Under the pieces are notes generated by a model. That model saw only the letters and a list, made by a program, of their open reading frames with translations. It was not told the DNA's origin and did no database searches. A stretch of 63,979 nucleotides of DNA, counting the filler, from assembly GCA_964501035.1 (NCBI GenBank). It is 4 parts of 4 records of this genome, joined end to end, with 100 filler letters (N's around TTAATTAATTAA, not from the genome) between each part and the next. Parts side by side here need not be neighbours in the genome. Positions count along the whole stretch, not along the records: positions 41,645 to 61,970 come from CAZCRK010000025.1; 3 more parts are not named here. One strand, written 5' to 3'. The translations under genes were made by a program, and so were the position numbers. Below, one piece after another: positions 48,141 through 60,038 of this stretch; the stretch's first letter is position 1; each line of letters starts with the position of its first letter.

Positions 48141-49130
48141 TTATCCTCCAATTTGCGTCATACTGCTTCGTTTATTTTCAGATTCTCTTTGGGCTTCAAA
48201 GCCATCTACATATTTTAGTTTCATGGCTAAACAAATAGAATCAATCAACTCCTCATCAGAACACCCATCGCGCATTAAATCTCTCAAATTAAACTCATTG
48301 TTAGAATATAAACAATTTAAAATTCTACCATCGGCAGTCAATCTTATTCTATTACAGTTAGCACAGAGTGATCTTGTATATGCAGGTATTACAGCAAAAT
48401 TACCATTATAACCAGGAAGTGAAAAGTGATAATGTTCGGTTTTTGTACCTGGGGTGTTTGATAGATTTGGATAAGCATTTCTCAGTGTTTCTAAAATATG
48501 TTCACTACTCATAAACTTCCCTGTTTTCCAAATTTGATAATCATCAAAAGGCATTAACTCTACAAATCTAACCGTTACTTTGTTATTTTTGGTAAACTCA
48601 ACAAAGTCAATAATTTCATCACTATTAAAATCACGTAAAACAACCATGTTTAACTTGATATTTTGTACTCCAATTTCCAATGATTTCTGAATATTTTCCA
48701 AAATTATTGGTAGTTTATCTCGACGTGAAATTGATTTAAATTTTTCTGCTTGGAGTGTATCTAAACTAAAATTTATTCCATCTATATTTTGGAAGAAGTC
48801 TGAGTGCACAAATTTATCCAATAGAATTCCATTCGTAGTTAAATGAATTGAATTAATACCATGTATCTCACTAGTTGATTGAATAATCTTCCCAATATTT
48901 TTTCTCAAAAGTGGTTCACCTCCGGTAAAACGAACTTTTGATACTCCATATTGTGCTGTTACTTTAATAATTCTTATAATTTCATCAGCAGTTAATAGTT
49001 TATCTAGAGTTTTGAATTCAATTCCATTTTCTGGCATACAATATAGACATCGCAAATTGCACTTTTCGACCACCCCAATTCGGATATAGTCAAACACTCT
49101 GTTAAAGTTATCTGTAATTATTTTTTTCAT
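48141..49130 (-). CDS. moaA: GTP 3',8-cyclase
   Basis: CNLRCLYC radical SAM motif, TGGEPL, CANCNR..C, C-terminal IGG. Confidence 0.95.
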   Translation of the reverse strand: MKKIITDNFNRVFDYIRIGVVEKCNLRCLYCMPENGIEFKTLDKLLTADEIIRIIKVTAQYGVSKVRFTGGEPLLRKNIGKIIQSTSEIHGINSIHLTTNGILLDKFVHSDFFQNIDGINFSLDTLQAEKFKSISRRDKLPIILENIQKSLEIGVQNIKLNMVVLRDFNSDEIIDFVEFTKNNKVTVRFVELMPFDDYQIWKTGKFMSSEHILETLRNAYPNLSNTPGTKTEHYHFSLPGYNGNFAVIPAYTRSLCANCNRIRLTADGRILNCLYSNNEFNLRDLMRDGCSDEELIDSICLAMKLKYVDGFEAQRESENKRSSMTQIGG

Positions 49131-49143
49131 AAATTTATCTTAA

Positions 49144-49174
49144 ATAAAAAAACTCCATCAGCTTGGATGGAGTT
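49144..49174 (-). terminator. Intrinsic terminator in moaA leader (riboswitch expression platform)
   Basis: Minus strand AACTCCATC-CAAGCT-GATGGAGTT followed by a T-run just upstream of the moaA start. Confidence 0.8.
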
Positions 49175-49191
49175 CTATTCCATTTTGTCAT

Positions 49192-49314
49192 TCTCCTTTC
49201 CAAGCCGGGTGGCTGTAAGATTTCTCTACCAACCGTTCCTCAAAATGAGGGGATTCTAAAATCCATCGTTTTAACTATCATAGAATAAATTCCTTAGATA
49301 GTCAAAATCGGAGA
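49192..49314 (-). ncRNA. Moco (molybdenum cofactor) riboswitch
   Basis: Minus strand CTCCGA..CTAAG..CTATG..GAAA loop..GCCACCCG..TTGGAAAGGAG with P1 TCTCC/GGAGA; upstream of moaA. Confidence 0.88.
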
Positions 49315-49336
49315 TATAGTCCTAAATTCTAAGTCA

Positions 49337-49933
49337 TTAACTTACTTTCTTTATATATCCAATATCAACATAACCTATTTCATCAGCTAACTTTTTAAGC
49401 CGTTTCCACTCTGAATTTTCAGTAATTACTGAAAGAGCCATTGGAAATATTATATTATTTTCTCGATATGAATGCTCTCTTAATATCCCAATGATACCGT
49501 TCGCCATAAAATTTAGTTGAGTTTTAAAAGATGCAAAATCAATTTTATCAATATCATGAATTAATGTTAAAAATTCATCTTTGTAAGTCCGTAAAAATTG
49601 ATGTTCCGATTTTAATACATGATGATATTGATGAATTCCTAACTTTTCCAGTTCACTAAACAGCATTTCCTCACGGAGATAATGTGTTTCAGTTTTTTGC
49701 ATTGCTTTAGTAATAAATATAAGACGTTCAAACAATTCAGGTTCATCTACTGGAGATCTCATTTTAGATATTTTAATTTTAATTTCTTCTAATTCGTCTA
49801 AATACCCAAAAATGTCAAAATGTTCTTTATAAAATGTACGAATTACATGATCTTTTGGTAATTCATTCAGATATTTTTCCACAATATCTGGATCGTAATC
49901 TTTACTCTTGCTCATGCTAGAAATTAAAACCAT
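49337..49933 (-). CDS. Hemerythrin (HHE)-like domain protein, DUF438-associated type
   Basis: HVIRTFYKEH, HYLREEMLF, EHQ, HSYRENNIIFP, DEIGY; start may be 49915. Confidence 0.75.
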   Translation of the reverse strand: MVLISSMSKSKDYDPDIVEKYLNELPKDHVIRTFYKEHFDIFGYLDELEEIKIKISKMRSPVDEPELFERLIFITKAMQKTETHYLREEMLFSELEKLGIHQYHHVLKSEHQFLRTYKDEFLTLIHDIDKIDFASFKTQLNFMANGIIGILREHSYRENNIIFPMALSVITENSEWKRLKKLADEIGYVDIGYIKKVS

Positions 49934-49942
49934 ACAATTTTC

Positions 49943-50386
49943 TTAATATACTAATTCTTCTAATGCCTTCCTCTTTTTTAACATCTCTAATGTTAATGTA
50001 TCTAAATTTTCATTACTTAGCATCGATGTAATGTTTTCTTTAATAATCTTCCAATTATTGTGCAATGGACAAGCAACCGAATCATCACAAACATCCAACC
50101 CAATAACACACATTTCTTGTTCAGGTGGAGGTCCGTCTATTGCATGTACAATATCAATAATTTTTATATTCTTAGGGTCTTTATGTAACCTAATTCCACC
50201 ATTTCTACCCTTGAAAGAATCAATCAAATGATGCTTAGCAAGTGTTTGAACTAATTTTGAAAGAAATTGAGGTGGAATATTATAATTCTCTGATATTTTA
50301 CTCACAATAATTTTTGATTCTTCCCTATGTTCTGCAAGATAAATCATTGCTTGAATACCATAAATTGAAGATTTCGAGTAAATCAT
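49943..50386 (-). CDS. Rrf2-family transcriptional regulator, paralog of 43456-43905
   Basis: YSKSSIYGI, SFKGRNGG, CVIGLDVCDDSVACPLH. Confidence 0.92.
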   Translation of the reverse strand: MIYSKSSIYGIQAMIYLAEHREESKIIVSKISENYNIPPQFLSKLVQTLAKHHLIDSFKGRNGGIRLHKDPKNIKIIDIVHAIDGPPPEQEMCVIGLDVCDDSVACPLHNNWKIIKENITSMLSNENLDTLTLEMLKKRKALEELVY

Positions 50387-50497
50387 AATATCCACACTTT
50401 CAAAATATTATAAGAATATGAGGTCTTAATATACTAATATATAGTACTCTAATAAAACAAATATTTAACTAGTAATCATTTTTAATTTATTATTGAG

Positions 50498-51487
50498 TTA
50501 AATGATACTTAATAAATCAACTATTCTATTTGAATAGCCCCATTCATTATCATACCAATTAAGTGTTCGAATAAAGTTTCCACTATTCACTTGTGTGCAT
50601 ATCGAATCATATATTGAGGAATATGGATTGCCAATTATATCTGAGGATACAATTGGAATATCAGAATATTGTAATATATTTGATAAATTATCTTCACGTG
50701 AGGCGTTTAATACTACTTCGTTAACATTGTCTATTGTAACTTGTTTATTAACTTTCACGAATAAATCAACGACTGATCCATCTGGAACTGGGACTCGAGA
50801 TGCAATACCATCTAACTTACCAGCTAGCTCTGGTAATACCGAACCCACAGCACGTGCGGCACCTGTTGTTGTAGGAATAATATTCTCAGCTGCAGCTCGA
50901 CTTCTTCTCCAATCCTTATGTGGAACATCTGCTAACCGTTGGTCATTTGTGTAAGCATGTACTGTGTTTATTATACCTTCTTCAATTCCAAATGCATCAT
51001 GTATGACTTTAGCCATTGGGGCTAAACAGTTTGTAGTACAACTTGCATTGGAAATTATTTTATGACTCGGTAGAAGTCCTGAATCATTCACACCTAAAAC
51101 AACTGTGTAATCAATTTCATCTTTAGCTGGAACCGTTAGAATTACTCGTTTTGCACCTGCAATAATATGTTTTTCTAGCTCATTCTTCGTTCTAAATACT
51201 CCGGTAGCTTCTATAACTACATCTACTTCAAGATCTTCCCAAGGTAGGTTTTTTGGTTCAGAAATTTGAAGCATTGAAACTTTTTCATTTGGAGTATGAA
51301 GGGTCTTATTTTCAATAAATACATCTCCATCAAATCTGCCCATGACTGTATCGTATTTCAACAAATATGCAAGTGCATTGTGATCCCATAAATCATTAAT
51401 TGCAACGACCTGAATATCATCTCTATCATTAATAATTCTGAAAACAGCTCGACCAATTCTACCAAATCCATTTATTGCAACTTTCAT
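50498..51487 (-). CDS. gap: Type I glyceraldehyde-3-phosphate dehydrogenase
   Basis: INGFGRIGR, NASCTTNCL, HAYT, RVPV, WYDNEWGYS. Confidence 0.93.
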   Translation of the reverse strand: MKVAINGFGRIGRAVFRIINDRDDIQVVAINDLWDHNALAYLLKYDTVMGRFDGDVFIENKTLHTPNEKVSMLQISEPKNLPWEDLEVDVVIEATGVFRTKNELEKHIIAGAKRVILTVPAKDEIDYTVVLGVNDSGLLPSHKIISNASCTTNCLAPMAKVIHDAFGIEEGIINTVHAYTNDQRLADVPHKDWRRSRAAAENIIPTTTGAARAVGSVLPELAGKLDGIASRVPVPDGSVVDLFVKVNKQVTIDNVNEVVLNASREDNLSNILQYSDIPIVSSDIIGNPYSSIYDSICTQVNSGNFIRTLNWYDNEWGYSNRIVDLLSII

Positions 51488-52482
51488 TCAACACCCCCCT
51501 TCTCAAGTGAAGCATAAATTTGAATCACATCCAATATTCTACAAGCTTGACAGTATCCATTATCATACCAACTTAACGATTTTATCATACTTCCAGCTTT
51601 GACAGTTGCTTGGCTATCAAATACCAACGATTGCGTGCTTTCAATTACATCACTAGAAACAATTGGATCTTGAGTATATTGAATAATATCAGGGTACTCA
51701 TTTGATTTTTGTTCTAACAATGTATTTACATCTTCAACTGAAACATCTTTTTTAAACACTGTTGTTAAATCAAGTAATGAACCTTTGTGAACAGGTACAT
51801 TTAATGCACTTCCCTTTACTCTGCCAGCAAGATGGGGTAATAAGTATTCTGCACATTTTGGTGACTCGCTCACATTTGGAATTATATTCTCAGCAGCTGA
51901 TCTACTTCGTCTAAATTGGCTTCTAGCAGTATCTTGCAAAGGTTGGTCACTTGTGTATGCATGAACTGAAGTCATATTTGCTACATCTAGCCCAAACTCA
52001 TCATCAAATATTTTACATAATAATGTAAGCGCATTCGATGTAGATGATCCTGCAGAAATAATGGTATCAGAATTTTGGGCAGTATTTTCATTTACTCCCA
52101 TAATTATTATTCTATCAATTTCATCTTTAGGTAGTGAAGATATAATCACTTTCTTTGCACCAGCTTTTAAATGAAATTCTAGTTCAGACTTGTTTCTGTA
52201 TTTACCAGTTGCATCGATTACAATATCTACATCAAACGCATCCCAAGGAACATCGCTTGGAGTTATACCATGAATTATTCGTATTCGTTTGTTACCATTA
52301 ACTAAATAATTGCCTTCAATTTGAATGCTTTCACCAAGCTCATTCTCCTTTTGAAGGAGGTAATGTAGAATATCAGGTTTCCCAATATCACTAATTGCAG
52401 TAATATTAACATCTTTACATTGGTTTGATAACAAATAAACTAGTCTACCAATCCGACCAAAACCCATTAATCCTATATTCAT
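51484..52482 (-). CDS. GAPDH-like protein lacking the catalytic cysteine
   Basis: GFGRIGR, HAYT, WYDNG retained; SAGSSTSNAL in place of SNASCTTNCL. Confidence 0.85.
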   Translation of the reverse strand: MNIGLMGFGRIGRLVYLLSNQCKDVNITAISDIGKPDILHYLLQKENELGESIQIEGNYLVNGNKRIRIIHGITPSDVPWDAFDVDIVIDATGKYRNKSELEFHLKAGAKKVIISSLPKDEIDRIIIMGVNENTAQNSDTIISAGSSTSNALTLLCKIFDDEFGLDVANMTSVHAYTSDQPLQDTARSQFRRSRSAAENIIPNVSESPKCAEYLLPHLAGRVKGSALNVPVHKGSLLDLTTVFKKDVSVEDVNTLLEQKSNEYPDIIQYTQDPIVSSDVIESTQSLVFDSQATVKAGSMIKSLSWYDNGYCQACRILDVIQIYASLEKGGVE

Positions 52483-52511
52483 ATTTACCTCATTTAGTAA
52501 TTTATTCTAAT

Positions 52512-55030
<2,519 letters not shown>

Positions 55031-55032
55031 TG

Positions 55033-56052
55033 CTACCTAACTTTAACCAAATCTCGTTTAACTAGTTCTTGAGCAATTTGCACGGTGTTTAATGCTGCAC
55101 CTTTTCGTAAGTTATCAGATACACACCACATATTAAGCGCATTGTCCATTGAATAATCTCGTCTAATTCTTCCTACAAAAACAGGGTCTTTACCAGTAGC
55201 ATTTATTGCTAGTGGATAAATATTATTTTCTGGATCATCTTCTAAAACTATTCCATCTGCATTGTTCATTAATGTTTTAATATCATCAATTTCAAATGGT
55301 TTTTCAGTTTCAATATTTAGGCTTTCACTATGTCCATTTACAACAGGCATTCTTACCGTAGTTGTAGTCATTTTAATATTTGGATCTAGAATCTTAGCTG
55401 TTTCCTCAATCATTTTCATTTCTTCTTTAGTATATCCGTTATCCATGAATACATCAATATGAGGAAGTGCATTAAACGCTATTTGATGAGGATAAACTTC
55501 AGCAACCATTTCCTCATCTTTTACAAATGCCTTTGTTTGTTGATGCAACTCATCGACCGCAGCTTGACCAGAACCACTAACAGCTTGATAAGTACTTGCA
55601 ATTACTCGTTTAATCTTATATTTCTCATGAATTGGCTTAAGTGCAACTAACATTTGAATGGTTGAACAATTTGGACTTGCAATAATTCCATTATGATTTT
55701 TAAGTGCATCTGCATTTACTTCAGGAATTACTAATGGATGGTCGGGATGCATTCTAAATGCTGTAGAATTATCAACAACCACACAACCACGCTTCACAGC
55801 TTCTGGTGAAAGCTGAAGTGATGCTTCACCACCAGCACTCATGATTGCTAAATTAACACCATCAAATGCTTCTGGTTTAGATTCAACAATAGCGTATTCT
55901 TCGTTTCTCCACCTCACTTTTTTTCCTGCATTATCCGCAACATCCATTAATACTAAATTTTCAATAGGTACATCACTGGTTTCTAAAATATTTCTCATTT
56001 CTGAACCAACATTGCCTAATGCACCTACTATTGCTAAAGTATAATTTTTCAT
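55033..56052 (-). CDS. asd: Aspartate-semialdehyde dehydrogenase
   Basis: VVDNSTAFR, PNCSTIQ, YQAVSGSG, GHSE, DNLRKGAA. Confidence 0.95.
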   Translation of the reverse strand: MKNYTLAIVGALGNVGSEMRNILETSDVPIENLVLMDVADNAGKKVRWRNEEYAIVESKPEAFDGVNLAIMSAGGEASLQLSPEAVKRGCVVVDNSTAFRMHPDHPLVIPEVNADALKNHNGIIASPNCSTIQMLVALKPIHEKYKIKRVIASTYQAVSGSGQAAVDELHQQTKAFVKDEEMVAEVYPHQIAFNALPHIDVFMDNGYTKEEMKMIEETAKILDPNIKMTTTTVRMPVVNGHSESLNIETEKPFEIDDIKTLMNNADGIVLEDDPENNIYPLAINATGKDPVFVGRIRRDYSMDNALNMWCVSDNLRKGAALNTVQIAQELVKRDLVKVR

Positions 56053-57101
56053 AATGATTTCCCTTTTGTATCTATCTTTAACAAGTCTGTTAAAATTGAA
56101 AATCCAGTTTCAATCTTGCCTGCACCTGCGCCAACAATCGTAACATCTCCCATCAAGTCAGTTGAAAATGTAAGCGCATTTGTCGCTCCCATAATACCTG
56201 CCAATGGGTGATTCATAGAAACCATCTCAGGTTTAACTGATGCAACTACTTTCCCGTCAACAATTTCAGTTGAACCTAGTAATTTCCATCGAGAATTTTG
56301 TGATTTTGCTAATTCAATATCATTTGATGTAATTTTAGTAATTCCCTCACAGGAAACATCGTTAATCCCAAAACTATGTCCCATTACAACATTCGTCAAT
56401 ATAGCAACTTTTGCACGAGCATCATAACCCTCAACATCGCCAGTTGGGTCAGCTTCAGCGTATCCTAACTCTTGGGCTTTTAGAAGTGCATCGTTGTAAC
56501 TCATTCCATCTTCCATTTCAGATAAAATGTAGTTGGTTGTTCCGTTTAAAATTCCTTTGATTGATGAAATTTTGCATCCTGCCAATGGACCTTCAGATAA
56601 GTTTAATATTGGAGTTCCACTTGCTACAGTGCCTTCAATCAAAAAATCAACATTGTTTGCTGATGCAAGATTCTTCATTTCTTGGTAAGCTAGTGCAGCA
56701 GGACCTTTATTGCTAGTTACCACAGATTTACCCGATTCAAATGCAGCTTTACAATGTGAAATTGCAGGCTCACCTGTTTGCAAATCAGTAAATGCAAGTT
56801 CACAAATTACATCGGCATTTGATTCTTTAATGGTTCTTATCGCATCCCAACCTGTGTGCAATAAGTCTGCTTTACATTTGCAATCATAATCGTTCAAAGA
56901 CTTTCCATTTTGTGCATAGTCTAATAATTTATTTACATTGAGCCCATCTGAACAATAAACTGATCCTTTCATCATATCAGAAACTGCAACAATATTCCAT
57001 TCATAGTCATATTTTTGTTTTAATTCTTCGGATTTATCTCGTAGGATTTCACATAAACCCTGCCCCACTGTTCCAAATCCAATTAGTGCAATTTTTTGCA
57101 T
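56049..57101 (-). CDS. hom: Homoserine dehydrogenase without ACT domain
   Basis: GFGTVG, VVTSNKG, GILNGTTNYIL, GYAEADPTGDVEG, GAGAG. Confidence 0.93.
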   Translation of the reverse strand: MQKIALIGFGTVGQGLCEILRDKSEELKQKYDYEWNIVAVSDMMKGSVYCSDGLNVNKLLDYAQNGKSLNDYDCKCKADLLHTGWDAIRTIKESNADVICELAFTDLQTGEPAISHCKAAFESGKSVVTSNKGPAALAYQEMKNLASANNVDFLIEGTVASGTPILNLSEGPLAGCKISSIKGILNGTTNYILSEMEDGMSYNDALLKAQELGYAEADPTGDVEGYDARAKVAILTNVVMGHSFGINDVSCEGITKITSNDIELAKSQNSRWKLLGSTEIVDGKVVASVKPEMVSMNHPLAGIMGATNALTFSTDLMGDVTIVGAGAGKIETGFSILTDLLKIDTKGKSL

Positions 57102-57117
57102 TTAAATCTCCAGTTAA

Positions 57118-58530
57118 TTAAATACTATCTAATGCTTGTTCAACATCATTTATGATGTCTTCAACATGCTCAATACCTATTGATAATCGCACATAATTAG
57201 GGAGAATTGAAGCTAGTTTTCTACCCGTTTCTCCTTGTTGTTGATGTGTAGAGATTGCAGGAATTGTTGCAACAGTTTTCACTCTACCTAAATCTGTAGC
57301 TCGCCAAATCATATTCAATTTATCATAGAATGTTCTTGTATTTATGGGTACGTATGGGTCCTTTTCCTTTATCTCAAAAGTCATCATGTATCCATATAAG
57401 TTTTCTTCTTTGCCTGTATCATATTTACTATCAACAAGTGTCAAGTATTTGCTTGCAATTTTTGATTGGGTATGACTTTCTAATCCAGGATAGTTAATAC
57501 TTGCAACTTTTGGATGATTTTCCAAAAACTTTGCTATTTTTTGTGCAGACCGACTCATTTGTGCAATTCGTACACGTAAAGATCGCATATCGTTTAATGT
57601 TAATATTGCATTAAAAGGACTTAGTGCTGGGCCATTATCTCGATATGGCAATAATTTTGTCCACGTTGCAAAATCGGCTCGCATTTCGTCGGGTCCAACA
57701 ATGCTAGGAATATCCATTTTTGATGTCATTGTTCCCACAATTGCCCAACCATTTGATGCCATCACCTTTGATGCAGATTGAACAACAATATCAGCTCCAA
57801 ATTCAAGTGGACGCATTAGGGCAGGAGAAGCGCAGGTTGCATCAACAATTAGTGGTATTCCAAAGCCATGTGCTAAATCTGCTACTTTTTCAATATCAAA
57901 CAATGCTACAGCTGGATTGGATGGCATTTCACCATACACAAAACGTGTACCTTTATCAATTTTAGAAGCCCATTCATCCATATTGTTAAGATCGGTAATC
58001 CATCGAACTTCAATCCCTCTATCTTCCATTTGTCTTGCTGAGAACTGTTGAAAGGTTCCACCATATACTCTAGAAGTAGCAACAAAATTAGGTGGAGGTA
58101 ATGAATCATCTTTTACTAAAAAGGGTTCAATTGCTGTTCGAATTGCTGCCATACCACTTCCACATGCAACACACCCTGCACTTAAATCTGTTCCATATGA
58201 TTCTAACAAAGCAACCGTTTCTTCGAGGAAAAATGTCGAAGGGTTCGCTATTCTTGAGTAGGTCCAAGAAGGCATTTGATATGCCAATGCAACTTCCATT
58301 TCATCAAAATCATGAAAAGCTTGTGCTGGGCTCATATAAATAGGTTCCATTATTGAACCATTATTTAAATTTAAGGCTTGTTGTAAATCGTATAATCCAT
58401 GTGTTGCAATTGTATCAAATTTCCAGTTTTTTGTTTTTAAAATTCGTCTTTGTCTATCTGATGCAATTCGTTTACCCTCTTGAATCCATTTTTGTGTACC
58501 ATTTTCATGGTTAATATCAAATTCTTGCAT
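57118..58530 (-). CDS. Cys/Met-metabolism PLP enzyme (MetY/methionine gamma-lyase family)
   Basis: YSRIANP, SGMAAI, YGGT, EMPSNP, VDAT, SASK, RLSIGIE. Confidence 0.85.
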   Translation of the reverse strand: MQEFDINHENGTQKWIQEGKRIASDRQRRILKTKNWKFDTIATHGLYDLQQALNLNNGSIMEPIYMSPAQAFHDFDEMEVALAYQMPSWTYSRIANPSTFFLEETVALLESYGTDLSAGCVACGSGMAAIRTAIEPFLVKDDSLPPPNFVATSRVYGGTFQQFSARQMEDRGIEVRWITDLNNMDEWASKIDKGTRFVYGEMPSNPAVALFDIEKVADLAHGFGIPLIVDATCASPALMRPLEFGADIVVQSASKVMASNGWAIVGTMTSKMDIPSIVGPDEMRADFATWTKLLPYRDNGPALSPFNAILTLNDMRSLRVRIAQMSRSAQKIAKFLENHPKVASINYPGLESHTQSKIASKYLTLVDSKYDTGKEENLYGYMMTFEIKEKDPYVPINTRTFYDKLNMIWRATDLGRVKTVATIPAISTHQQQGETGRKLASILPNYVRLSIGIEHVEDIINDVEQALDSI

Positions 58531-58532
58531 TT

Positions 58533-59000
58533 TTACTCTCCAATTATTGGAATTTTAGTTTCGTGTTTTAACGTTGAAAGGACTACCAGAGTTTTTAAAT
58601 GTTGAATATTATCTAATTCGGATAATTTATGCAACATAAACTCTTCATAATCTGAAATACCTTTTGTGATTATTTTTAGCAAGAAATCTGCATCACCGGC
58701 AATGTGATGACATTCTAAGACCTCTTGCATTTTTGTGATTGATTTCATGAATTTTTTAACAGGACTATTTCCATGTCTTATCAATGTAACTTCCACATAC
58801 GTAAAACAATCAGCATTTACTTTTTTCGGGTTTAAGAGAGCGACATATTGTTGGATAAACCCATTTTTCTCTAATTTTTTCACTCTCTCTAATGTTGGTG
58901 GTGGAGACATATTAATTTTTTTGGCTAAATCACGATTTGTAATTCTTCCATCTTCTTGAAGAATATCCAATATTAATTTATCTATTTTATCAATATTCAT
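58533..59000 (-). CDS. Lrp/AsnC family transcriptional regulator
   Basis: DKIDKLILDILQEDGRIT, ERVKKLE, ECHHIAGDADFLLK. Confidence 0.93.
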   Translation of the reverse strand: MNIDKIDKLILDILQEDGRITNRDLAKKINMSPPPTLERVKKLEKNGFIQQYVALLNPKKVNADCFTYVEVTLIRHGNSPVKKFMKSITKMQEVLECHHIAGDADFLLKIITKGISDYEEFMLHKLSELDNIQHLKTLVVLSTLKHETKIPIIGE

Positions 59001-59100
59001 ATTACTATATTACTTGTTTTGCCTATAATTCAGTATTTAGTTATGTATATAAATTATTACCCCTTATTATTACAAAGCAATTTATAGATTATTTGAAGAT

Positions 59101-59132
59101 AAAAAAATAGCCCAATTTTGGGCTATTTTTTT
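59101..59132. terminator. Intrinsic terminator downstream of cytochrome c gene
   Basis: AAAAAAATAGCCCAA-TT-TTGGGCTATTTTTTT perfect inverted repeat. Confidence 0.85.
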
Positions 59133-59149
59133 ATATATTTATTGTGAAA

Positions 59150-59584
59150 TTATTTGGTTATCTTGATTTCCACTTTTTCTTTTGGAATATATAATTCACC
59201 TTCAGGTGCTTTACCATTCGCTGGTTTTGTACCTTGCATGGTTAATAAATAGCTTGAAACTTGAAGAACCTGTTCTTTGGTTAACACCGCTTCCCAAGGA
59301 ATCATTCCTTTTGTAATGACTCCAACATTTATGATATGGACAATGTCCTCTAATGATCCACCATGTATCCAATATTCATCAGTCATATTAGGTCCAATTA
59401 GACCTTCACCATTTGCACCATGACAGGCAAGACAATTGGTTGTCCAGACTTCTTTTCCTTTTGCTAAACCTGCTTCATCAACAATTGGTTTCAATTCAGT
59501 TTTTACTTCAATTTGTACTGATTTTAATTCCTCTGCTATACAAAGTCCTAGAATACTAACTAAAATTAATAATATTTTTTTCAT
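59150..59584 (-). CDS. Monoheme cytochrome c, similar to the cbb3 CcoP heme domain
   Basis: Signal peptide; CLACH; GPNMTDEYWIHGG; KGMIPW. Confidence 0.85.
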   Translation of the reverse strand: MKKILLILVSILGLCIAEELKSVQIEVKTELKPIVDEAGLAKGKEVWTTNCLACHGANGEGLIGPNMTDEYWIHGGSLEDIVHIINVGVITKGMIPWEAVLTKEQVLQVSSYLLTMQGTKPANGKAPEGELYIPKEKVEIKITK

Positions 59585-59666
59585 TTTTACCCTTAAGAAT
59601 ATAATTTTGATTAAATGTGGTACTTAAAGTTACACTAAATTTTAAAAGAAATTTGAGGAGTTATTT

Positions 59667-60026
59667 ATGAATTTTATCTTTATAGGTTCATTATTCGGAG
59701 CATTGGTTGTGCTGTTAGGAGCGTTTGGTGCACATGGATTAAAGGATGTGCTCACAGATTATCGGTTAACGATTTATAATAAAGCTGTTTTGTATCATAT
59801 GTTTCATACTATTGGGATTCTGATAGTTGCATTATTACAAAAAATGGATAATTCAATAAATGTAATACCAAGTGCTTGGCTATTTTTAGCAGGGATTGTT
59901 TTGTTTTCTGGAAGTCTATATTTAATGGCCATTTTTGATATTAAATGGTTAGGAATAGTGACACCAATTGGCGGTGTGGCATTTGTCTTGGGCTGGATAC
60001 TGTTCGCAAAAAATATTTTACACTAG
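59667..60026 (+). CDS. DUF423 (YgdD/TMEM256) membrane protein
   Basis: GAFGAHGL, YHMFH, LFSGSLY, TPIGG. Confidence 0.9.
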   Translation: MNFIFIGSLFGALVVLLGAFGAHGLKDVLTDYRLTIYNKAVLYHMFHTIGILIVALLQKMDNSINVIPSAWLFLAGIVLFSGSLYLMAIFDIKWLGIVTPIGGVAFVLGWILFAKNILH

Positions 60027-60038
60027 ACTTATACCCTT

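Noticed and set aside
49308..49325. TCGGAGATATAGTCCTA as an Rrf2 operator
   Set aside because: Weak palindrome that overlaps the riboswitch P1 stem
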